Source: Candidatus Heimdallarchaeota archaeon (lineage in GTDB: Archaea; Asgardarchaeota; Heimdallarchaeia; Heimdallarchaeales; Kariarchaeaceae). Taken from it: DNA of 16,732 nucleotides. The stretch is from contig WAKA01000052.1 in NCBI GenBank assembly GCA_015523565.1, positions 1 through 16,732 on the forward strand, written 5' to 3'. Both the position numbers and the translations under genes were made by a program. The notes under the pieces were generated by a model that saw only the letters and a program-made list of their open reading frames with translations, was not told the origin of the DNA and searched no databases. Positions 1 through 7,319 of the stretch are shown here, one piece after another. Within the stretch, counting starts at the first letter, position 1, and the number at the start of each line of letters is the position of its first letter.

Positions 1-448
1 TACCTGCTCTCCCGTTTCCAGCAACAAAAAGGAAATGACAGGGTGGCATTTGGCTATGCTAGAGTCAGCAGTCATAAGCAAAGATCTTGAAAGGCAGAAG
101 CAATCGATACAGAATTATGCATACAAGAACGGATATGGCGGATGCCGGATTTTTGTAGATATTGCTTCCGGTTTGAACGACCAAAGAAGAAACCTGAAAA
201 GGCTTATCAAGGCTGTTGCAGTATTTCCGCCAGAGGTGGTGATTGTCACCTACCACGATCGGTTGGCAAGATTTGGCATCTCTCTGATCCGGCAGTTCTG
301 CGGACTTTTTGGTACAAAACTCGTCTCAATTCACCAAAAAGAGGATCGTCCGGTGGAACAGGTTCTTGTTGAGGATGTTATTGCCATCATGACCTCCTAT
401 GCGGGGAAATTGCATCGGCGACGAAGAGTTCCAATTACCTCTTCATGA
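1..448 (+). pseudogene. tnpA: IS607-family serine recombinase/transposase TnpA, 5'-partial and split by a frameshift at ~79-85
   Basis: Frame 1 from base 1 reads YLLSRFQQQKGNDRVAFGYARVSSHKQRS* (catalytic YARVS at 55-69, stop 88-90). Frame 2 continues KDLERQ...DIASGLNDQRRNL...YHDRLARFG...LVEDVIAIMTSYAGKLHRRR, all typical IS607 TnpA motifs. The ORF-track N-terminus (MTGWHL...) is the wrong frame. Confidence 0.88.
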
Positions 449-481
449 CTTTTTGTACTAAACCATTCCATTACATGTTGT

Positions 482-3394
482 ATGGGACGACAAACTCCTT
501 CAACTTTTCCTTGGATAAAAAAGGAAGAGGCGGATTCCCACTTCACCCCTAGAAAATGGGGGTGGAAAGCTTGGATTGGCCGCCATCTGCTTGGGATAGT
601 GGTCATCTATGCCTATATCCTTTGGAATTTTCCTCAATTCGCCCCTGATTTTGATCTGTGGCTGCGTAAGATAAGACTTGTTGTGTCGCAGCATGGAGTG
701 GACATTGTCGTTTGGTTGTGTCTTCTTTCTTACAGGTATCGTATTCGGTTCAGCTATTGGCAAATGACAATTCGCCCATTGACTTTGACTTGGCAGACCG
801 AAGTGGCAGTACTTGTTGAATTTGCTGCAAAGATGGAACACCCCCTACCTTTTGCGTCCTTTGCCTCAACCATTGGGGCAGAGCTTAGTTATTGGATCCT
901 TCATGATATCCATCAGTTCTCCTATCTGGTTGCCTACCGCAGAACCCGGCGATTTTTTCCCTATTTGCCTTTAACCCTGAAGCATCAGATTCTGAGCAGT
1001 CTCAAGTCGGTGGCCGCCCAAGGACGGACGGTTCCATTCAGAAATCTGCCTCGGCGAGTGAAACGCCTTGACTTTGTCCATGTACCTGACCTGAATGACC
1101 TGTTCCAGAAGCTTGTTCTCCTCAATCCTCAGGGTCGATTTGCATTTGCAGTGCTTTACCGCTTCGCCAAAGTTGATCGGATCATTACCGGGGAAATGCT
1201 TACTGCCACGCGACAGGTCAACCACATTCCGTTGGTTCGCATCCAGTGTTGCTTGTGGGCATCAGAAAGAGCCACTCGAAATCAATTGAAAGGGCTAATC
1301 AGTGGTGTGACAGAATCAAGGGCTTGGGTTTGGCCCAAGCTTCATCTTTTCCAACCCGAATTGTTTCCGCTCCCATTTCCTCCCTTCTTACCTCAGTCCG
1401 CGCGAGCGAGCCAAGGTCACAAAGGGACTCAAGTCGGTTATGTGAAGTTGAAGAACACCAAGGTTGCTCCGTACCGTCTTGAACCGGAAGACCTGTATCA
1501 CGGGGGAGTCATTGCAGGGGCCATCGGCATGGGAAAAACAACGTTACGGCTGGCTTTGACTGATTTGCTTCTCCGTCATGACGTCAGGATCATTGATTTT
1601 GATCCCAAGGGTGATACTGCCCGTTCTCTGCATTTCAGGCAGTTTGGAACCCCTCTGAAGCCTGGAGTCAATTTTGTGCACAACCTGTTCAGCAAACCGG
1701 CCAATGTGTCCTCTCATGATTTTACTTCCTTTCTGTACAACCTATTGTTGGACGTAATTGGACCGGATGTAACCCCTCCTCAGCAAAAGTTACTGTTTGA
1801 GGCCATCGACCGGGTGGTTGCCCTGAACGGCAACTGTTTGGATTTTCTAAGGGAGATCACCTTTTTGGGCATCCAACAGGGGCAGAGGCGAAAAGGGTTT
1901 CAGCGTCAAACCGCACAAGCGTTGGAAGCCAAATTTGCTTGGATGCATGGGCCATTGCGGGATGTCTTTTGGACGGAGGAAAGTGATTTGACAGAGTCAT
2001 TGTTTCAAAAATCAGTGTTCTTTGACCTTTCCAAACTGTACTCCTTGGTGCCCCTGCCATTGATCCGACTTTTCATCAATTTAGTGGTGTTCTATATCAA
2101 TTTCAGCAACTTGGCCCAACAACAGGGGAAAGTTTGTATCACCTTGGACGAGGCCCAGCTCTTCATGCCCCGAACCCATGGTGACCTGAGCCGATTGGAG
2201 CAATCAATTGTCACCTTGCGTGAGGCAGGGGTTTTTGTGATTGCATCAGGGGTGGATACTGCATTGATGAGCCGAGTATTGCTTGATGTCGGGTTTGTGG
2301 CGCAGTTTCGAAGCGGTTCTCGCGAACTTAGATCGGTACTAGAGGCACAGGAAACGGACTATCAGGATCTGCAACGGCATGAATGCCTTGTCAGAAGGCT
2401 ACTCAAGGACGAACAGCTTCTGAAAATCGAGACTATTCCCTTTGAAGACGAGAAGGAACCGCGGTTGATGACCGTTCGAAGTGCCTCCCTTCTCCCCCCC
2501 TTCCAAACAGAAGACCGTTTTGTCCGTTTGTGTGAATTACTGGTTCGTATCCCTGAACTGGAGGGATATTCGTGGACTGAATTGAGTCGCAGATTGCAAA
2601 AGCATGGACGGTTGTTTGATGGTGTTGCTGAATCTCCGTCACTGTTGGAAAGCCAATCCCCAATCGATCAACATCTGCTTTTGGCAGCCAAGCTTTCCGA
2701 ATTGCCAATCAGGGAGGCACTTCCTCTCCTCGGCACCAAATCCCTGAGGATGCTCAAAGGTGAACCGATTGAAATTAGGCTTGATCAATTTGAGGAACAG
2801 AATGAAGACAAAAATGACATAGGACCTGACCAATTGGGAAAACTAATTGGTATTGATGACCTGTTCAAGGAATTGAAAGAAGACAACTTGAATGACTCCT
2901 TTGAACAGAAGGAAAGGAAACCCGATAAGTTTGAGGAAATGAAACCGCTACAAGAAACTCCCCATAAGTTCCATAAAGGTGCAAACAAAAGTTGGCGAAC
3001 TTTGAGATCGACAGGCTACCGGCACATGTTTGTGCTCTGCAAGTTCAAGAAGGCATCTCTCTATTTCAGGAAATGTCAAAACCTAATAGGCCAAGATGAA
3101 AAACAAAAAGCAATCATAGACCTTTTGCTTGTAGAGAGTCTGGTCTTGGCCGGCCAACTCACACAAGCCAAAGAAGAGGCCTATCGGCAGTATCAGAGCA
3201 ACCCGAAGAATGCGGTGGCCAGTCATCAGTTTCTTATGCTTTCATATCTGCTGAATGAATTTGAACATGTGCCAAAAGTGCTTAAAGATCTGTATAAATT
3301 AAACCAAGATGCAGCCCAAGCTCTTCTTCCTCTGTTTCCCGTATCCATCCGGCAGGAATTCAGGACATTAAATAATAAACTGGAGAATATTTAA
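482..3394 (+). CDS. Membrane-anchored HerA/VirB4/FtsK-superfamily (DUF87-like) P-loop ATPase with C-terminal TPR-like helices
   Basis: 970-aa ORF with N-terminal hydrophobic segments (LLGIVVIYAYILW; IVVWLCLL). Walker A GAIGMGKTT at 1517-1543, HerA/VirB4-type IIDFDPKGD, VFFDLS, Walker B ITLDEAQ at 2138-2158. An acidic linker is followed by a helical-repeat-like tail (KFKKASLYFRKC...AGQLTQAKEEA...PKNAVA). Confidence 0.8.
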   Translation: MGRQTPSTFPWIKKEEADSHFTPRKWGWKAWIGRHLLGIVVIYAYILWNFPQFAPDFDLWLRKIRLVVSQHGVDIVVWLCLLSYRYRIRFSYWQMTIRPLTLTWQTEVAVLVEFAAKMEHPLPFASFASTIGAELSYWILHDIHQFSYLVAYRRTRRFFPYLPLTLKHQILSSLKSVAAQGRTVPFRNLPRRVKRLDFVHVPDLNDLFQKLVLLNPQGRFAFAVLYRFAKVDRIITGEMLTATRQVNHIPLVRIQCCLWASERATRNQLKGLISGVTESRAWVWPKLHLFQPELFPLPFPPFLPQSARASQGHKGTQVGYVKLKNTKVAPYRLEPEDLYHGGVIAGAIGMGKTTLRLALTDLLLRHDVRIIDFDPKGDTARSLHFRQFGTPLKPGVNFVHNLFSKPANVSSHDFTSFLYNLLLDVIGPDVTPPQQKLLFEAIDRVVALNGNCLDFLREITFLGIQQGQRRKGFQRQTAQALEAKFAWMHGPLRDVFWTEESDLTESLFQKSVFFDLSKLYSLVPLPLIRLFINLVVFYINFSNLAQQQGKVCITLDEAQLFMPRTHGDLSRLEQSIVTLREAGVFVIASGVDTALMSRVLLDVGFVAQFRSGSRELRSVLEAQETDYQDLQRHECLVRRLLKDEQLLKIETIPFEDEKEPRLMTVRSASLLPPFQTEDRFVRLCELLVRIPELEGYSWTELSRRLQKHGRLFDGVAESPSLLESQSPIDQHLLLAAKLSELPIREALPLLGTKSLRMLKGEPIEIRLDQFEEQNEDKNDIGPDQLGKLIGIDDLFKELKEDNLNDSFEQKERKPDKFEEMKPLQETPHKFHKGANKSWRTLRSTGYRHMFVLCKFKKASLYFRKCQNLIGQDEKQKAIIDLLLVESLVLAGQLTQAKEEAYRQYQSNPKNAVASHQFLMLSYLLNEFEHVPKVLKDLYKLNQDAAQALLPLFPVSIRQEFRTLNNKLENI

Positions 3395-3396
3395 CA

Positions 3397-3437
3397 AGAC
3401 ATAATTGCCAAACTTCCAATATTAGACAATTATGTCT
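3397..3437. repeat. Perfect 11-bp inverted repeat (AGACATAATTG-N19-CAATTATGTCT)
   Basis: Arms at 3397-3407 and 3427-3437, starting 2 bp after the ATPase stop codon and ending 2 bp before the first array unit. Confidence 0.85.
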
Positions 3438-3439
3438 AT

Positions 3440-3715
3440 GCACTTATGGTTATACCTTCGTGGCAAACCTAGTGCCCCTTTAGTGTCTTACTATACCTTC
3501 GTGGCAAGTAAACACCCATGCACTCAAGGATACACCTTCGTGGCAATCCTAGTGCTCCTGCACTCATGGTTATACCTTTGTGGCAAACCTGGTGCCCCTT
3601 TAGTGTCTTACTATACCTTCGTGGCAAGTAAACACTCAAGCACTCAAGGATACACCTTCGTGGCAATCCTAGTGCTCCTGCACTCATGGTTATACCTTCG
3701 TGGCAAACCTGGTGC
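3440..3715. repeat. Tandem array of 7 hairpin units with a conserved 16-nt core TAYACCTTYGTGGCAA (period 41/39/40; higher-order period 120 bp)
   Basis: Cores start at 3451, 3492, 3531, 3571, 3612, 3651 and 3691. Each is flanked by complementary arms. Type A: GCACT..GGT/ACC.(A/G)GTGC. Type B: (A)GTGT.TTAC/GTAAACAC(T). Type C: GCACT..AGGA/TCCTAGTGC. Order A-B-C-A-B-C-A. Confidence 0.93.
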
Positions 3716-3798
3716 AATCTGAAAAAGGTGAAAACAAATGAACACAATATCTGAACTCCTCACGGAACTGACATTTTGTCAGATATTGAACGGCAACT

Positions 3799-3805
3799 GG
3801 AGGTG
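3799..3805 (+). promoter_or_regulatory. Shine-Dalgarno motif GGAGGTG for the TnpB-like gene
   Basis: GGAGGTG lies 6 nt upstream of the in-frame ATG at 3812, favouring 3812 over the TTG at 3776 as the start. Confidence 0.7.
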
Positions 3806-3811
3806 CGGTAT

Positions 3812-5611
3812 ATGGAAACATTGACCTATGATGTCCCTCTGAAGTTTCCTGACCGTAAATTGAACAAGCTGGCACGAGCCAAACTTCAATCTCTTCTAGA
3901 CAGAAGCCTTGACATCCTCAATACCAAAGTTGTCTGGTATCGGGCCCTTTGGGTAACCAGTCCTCATTTTGTTCCGCAATTAAAGGCGTTACGAAATCAG
4001 AAACTGTTGATCAAACGACGAAAAGGGCAATCCATATCAGGGACCATGTTCAAGGCAAGCGTTCTGCGCAATGAACTCAAAGGGGTGATCCCCAACCATG
4101 CCGCCAACCTGAATGAATCAGTGTATCTGCATGCGCTTTCAACTGCCGCCGGTCATCGCCATCGGTTGACAATAGCCAGAACAGTGGTCAAGCAATTGAC
4201 TCCGTTACGCTATACGGAACTGTTACTGTTCGGCCAAACCGATAAGTTGATTTCAGTCATTGTTGATCAGTTCAACTACTCTTGGCTTGGAGCGAAAGTT
4301 GTTCTGAAAGGCATGGCTAAGCGGATGCAGCAGTTGAGCCCGGTGACAATCACCTCTTCTGTGACACTGCCGGATCCCAAGGACTTTGCCAATGCATTGC
4401 ACCAAGAAGGGCTCATCAACTCGCACCATGCCCAGCACAAGCTTCAAAGGCTTCTTATGCTGGCCAATTCTGTCGAGTTCGCAGGGCATCTTCAATGGTG
4501 GCTACAGCAGGCATCTTCTGGCAATGATTGCTGGAAGTTGACCAAGAAGCTGAGCAAAAGGCTCGGAATTCATTCCAAGGATCGGCTGTTTATGCGCCTG
4601 CTCAAGCACTATCTGGCCTATCTTCTTCTTCGGCCCTCTGTCCCCAAATTTCGTGCCGGTGATCTTATCACTACCCCAGTCTACAAGCGCACCACGATCT
4701 GGTTGGTAATGGGGAGCAAGTACGTAATCAAACGTCCGGGTAATGCCTCAACTATAAGGCAAATGATACTGGACGGCAAGGATATTGAGCTGCATTTCGG
4801 CTACAAGTACAAGATTCCCGTGAAAGGCTTGCTTAAGGTCCATCACAAGATGAGGCAGATCTTAAAAACCGGAGATCTGCGATGCATTGCCCTTTCAATC
4901 AACCCAAAAAACAATTTGATCCGTGCCCAATTGATTGTTGACAGAACTGACTTCCGCATCCACCTGCGAAAATTGAAGGTTCCAAAGGCAAAAGTTGTGG
5001 GAATCGATCTGAACAAGATCGGGAAGCACATTGTCGCTTTTTCCATTCCCTATACTGATCCCGGACTCAACAAACTCTGCGCCAAATATTGGCAGTACAA
5101 GGACCTGATCAGGGAGCTGCAAAGCAAACTGGATCGCCAGCGACGTCCCAATCCCCGATTGCATGAGCAAATCAGGCAATTGCATCGTAAGCGAAAGGAT
5201 ATTCGCAGAGCAATCCATAACATGCTGGTACCGCTGATTGCATCTGTCGTGGCTAGTAGTGGAGCAGAGACGTTAGTTATGGAACGCCTCCATATGAAAC
5301 CTCATGGACTGAAGAAGGGATTGGCTGAAGCGGTAAACAGCATGCCCAAAACGGGCTTGCAACTCCGACTGAAACAAGCCCTTCCCAATGTGGAAATTGT
5401 GTCAATTGATCCATGGAAACCTGCATTTAAGATCCATGCTAACTGCGGTGGAAAATTGGATCGAAAAAAGAATTGGCACTATCCTCCATGCAGCAAATGC
5501 AAAGCAGAGGTCAACAGTCATGAAAATGCCGCAAAAATGCTGGTCAAATATTACTTAAGCTCTTCAACAATCCAGCAATTCCTCTCGTCGCTTACCGGGA
5601 GAAAGTCCTAA
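3812..5611 (+). CDS. tnpB: Large TnpB/Cas12-like RuvC + zinc-ribbon protein (~599 aa), possibly catalytically altered
   Basis: Very basic protein. RuvC-I VVGIDLN (D at 5006), bridge-helix-like coiled region (IRELQSKLDR...LHRKRKDIRRAIH), RuvC-II LVMERL (E at 5282), VSIDP, Zn ribbon HxxC...CxxC (5435-5500), RuvC-III-like NSHENAAK. Co-oriented downstream of IS607 tnpA. Confidence 0.85.
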   Translation: METLTYDVPLKFPDRKLNKLARAKLQSLLDRSLDILNTKVVWYRALWVTSPHFVPQLKALRNQKLLIKRRKGQSISGTMFKASVLRNELKGVIPNHAANLNESVYLHALSTAAGHRHRLTIARTVVKQLTPLRYTELLLFGQTDKLISVIVDQFNYSWLGAKVVLKGMAKRMQQLSPVTITSSVTLPDPKDFANALHQEGLINSHHAQHKLQRLLMLANSVEFAGHLQWWLQQASSGNDCWKLTKKLSKRLGIHSKDRLFMRLLKHYLAYLLLRPSVPKFRAGDLITTPVYKRTTIWLVMGSKYVIKRPGNASTIRQMILDGKDIELHFGYKYKIPVKGLLKVHHKMRQILKTGDLRCIALSINPKNNLIRAQLIVDRTDFRIHLRKLKVPKAKVVGIDLNKIGKHIVAFSIPYTDPGLNKLCAKYWQYKDLIRELQSKLDRQRRPNPRLHEQIRQLHRKRKDIRRAIHNMLVPLIASVVASSGAETLVMERLHMKPHGLKKGLAEAVNSMPKTGLQLRLKQALPNVEIVSIDPWKPAFKIHANCGGKLDRKKNWHYPPCSKCKAEVNSHENAAKMLVKYYLSSSTIQQFLSSLTGRKS

Positions 5612-6860
5612 CGGATAACTGGTCGATTTGGCTAGATTTAATGTAATGCGTTGAGACTGTGAAAAGTCCTAGACTATCTGACAAAACGATTGTTATATTG
5701 TTCATGCCAATATTCAAGTTATCAAGGGAGAAGGAGATGGAGGCGTTTGAGATCCAATTTCCAGAGTCAACAACTATGCCGTTCATGAATAATTGATATT
5801 GATTGGGGGATGTATCCATGGCGATCCATTCGATTGAGGATTGATCCAATTGGCTTTCCTCGATTTGTAGGTCGTCAGGTTCCGAGATGATTTGTGGGGG
5901 TTGATTTGTGACAGTCAACCAAACAGTATGTGTTGCCGCATTATGTCCCATGTCTTTCACCAGCAGGGTGACGTTGTAAATCCCAGGTTCAAGTCCAGTC
6001 AATGTAATGGTGTTGGAGAGACCAGACACCCAAGTTCCATAGTCAATTTGTTCACCATTCAGGAACACGTAATACATACTAGGGTCTTCATCAGTTGCCA
6101 CCCATTCGATAACAGCAGGGGAAAATTCGGCAACGGTGATGTTGTTTGCTGCAGAAATTGTCGGGGGAGTGTAGGGATGCGTTTCATGAAAATCAAAAGT
6201 GTTGTTGAGAGCCGTGTTGTTGATCATTTCCACGTTGAAGGGATTTTGGAGGAAAAAGCCGTAGCCATTGAACGTGGCAAAATTGTCCATGACAATTGAA
6301 TCATTGATGAACAGGTTGAATCCCTTGATGTCATTGAAGGCGGCCTCGTTGTTGACAATTGAATAGTTGCTTCCCATTGCATAAATTCCGTCATTTACGT
6401 TATTGTATGCAAAATTTCCTTGGATGGTGGTGTTTGTCATGCCACTGAAAGACAATCCAATCTTATTGCCAAATGCCGTATTATTCATGACACTAATGTC
6501 CATCCCGTCAAAAAGATTAATGCCTGCAAAATCGCTGTTTTCTATTGAGTTGTCAGCAAAAGTGTTTTGGAAACCTTTCATGCCGTAGATTCCACTGGAG
6601 GTGATGTTTGACAGGAAATTGTTGGAAATAATGGTGTTGTTTGCATTATTCAAGTAAATGCCATTGTCGTTTTCATATATTTTGTTTCCCATAATTTGTG
6701 AGTGTGAAATGTTGGTCATGCTGAGACTAGTTACCGAATTGATGATTTCATTTGACAGGACATTAATGTTTTCACCATAGGTGACCAGAATGCCATGTTG
6801 TGCATTTTCCATGGAAGATTTCAATACTAAACAATGGATGAATTGAAACTCAGTCAGCAC
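5592..6860 (-). CDS. NosD/right-handed beta-helix repeat protein with two Ig-like repeats; probably a truncated fragment of a cell-surface protein
   Basis: Asn-rich repeats (NKIYENDNGIYL, NNTAFGNKIGL, NNEAAFNDIKGF), then two ~90-aa repeats (PPTIS...IEWVATDEDPSMYYVFLNG...GTW...GIYNVTLLVKDMG / PPQIIS...IEWIAMDTSPNQYQLFMNG...GNW...GMNNITIVLSDSLG). No signal peptide or membrane anchor; start uncertain. Confidence 0.75.
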   Translation of the reverse strand: MLTEFQFIHCLVLKSSMENAQHGILVTYGENINVLSNEIINSVTSLSMTNISHSQIMGNKIYENDNGIYLNNANNTIISNNFLSNITSSGIYGMKGFQNTFADNSIENSDFAGINLFDGMDISVMNNTAFGNKIGLSFSGMTNTTIQGNFAYNNVNDGIYAMGSNYSIVNNEAAFNDIKGFNLFINDSIVMDNFATFNGYGFFLQNPFNVEMINNTALNNTFDFHETHPYTPPTISAANNITVAEFSPAVIEWVATDEDPSMYYVFLNGEQIDYGTWVSGLSNTITLTGLEPGIYNVTLLVKDMGHNAATHTVWLTVTNQPPQIISEPDDLQIEESQLDQSSIEWIAMDTSPNQYQLFMNGIVVDSGNWISNASISFSLDNLNIGMNNITIVLSDSLGLFTVSTHYIKSSQIDQLSVRTFSR

Positions 6861-7319
6861 TGGAACCGTTTTCCCTAGGATCTTTAGATCCTTTCATACT
6901 CGGACTATCAACACCAAACACCAAAAAGGGATTCAATAGTCTTCCAGTGGAATATAACGTGAAGATCAGCCCCATAGTTGCAGGAGCAACGATCGTCAGT
7001 GATTTAAGGATTGCAAACGAAAGCATAAGGTTATTTAGATCCTGTCCAATATAAACACACCTAAATCTCTGAAATTGGGAAAAATTTGGGAAAGACCAAG
7101 GTGCTCCGACTGAACTCATTTTGTTTTCAGCTACAGTCCTTCACGCCGAAAGCAAGCTACACCTATGAAAACAGCAAACGAGTTTCAGAAAAACACTGTG
7201 AACCAATAGTTGGTCTATCTAGGCTTAATGCAGCTATAAAGAACATATGGGATCATGAAAATGTGAATTAAATAAAAAAATTTTGTATATTGGAAAGACG
7301 AAATTATACATAACAGGGA

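Larger units (their letters stand above)
1..5650 (+). mobile_element. Putative IS607-derived composite element (tnpA - ATPase - hairpin array - tnpB); left end outside the window, right end approximate
   Basis: tnpA and tnpB, the usual IS607 pair, bracket the cargo in one orientation with short gaps. The segment looks more GC-rich than the right half of the window. The next gene is convergent, overlaps tnpB and seems C-terminally truncated. Confidence 0.6.

Noticed and set aside
35-79. ATG at 35 as the TnpA start
   Set aside because: The catalytic YARVS motif is in another frame that is open from the window edge.
3440-3715. Canonical CRISPR array for a type V effector
   Set aside because: The repeat is only 16 nt, the 'spacers' recur with period three and are complementary stem arms rather than unique sequences, and there is no cas1/cas2 in the window.
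3440-3715. TIGR-Tas array (similar ~36-nt unit size)
   Set aside because: No box C/D-like motifs and no recognisable Nop-domain protein; the variable segments pair with each other instead of looking like free guides.
3432-3747. ORFs 3432..3722 (+) and 3469..3747 (-)
   Set aside because: They are by-products of the 120-bp in-frame repeat; conservation follows base pairing, not codons.
469-5648. CATTACAT (469-476) / ATGTAATG (5641-5648) as terminal inverted repeats bracketing ATPase-tnpB
   Set aside because: Only 8 bp with no extension, so compatible with chance; IS607 elements do not normally use TIRs.
6850-7271. ORFs 6850..7119 (-) and 7086..7271 (+)
   Set aside because: Short, overlapping, and without recognisable motifs or ribosome-binding sites.
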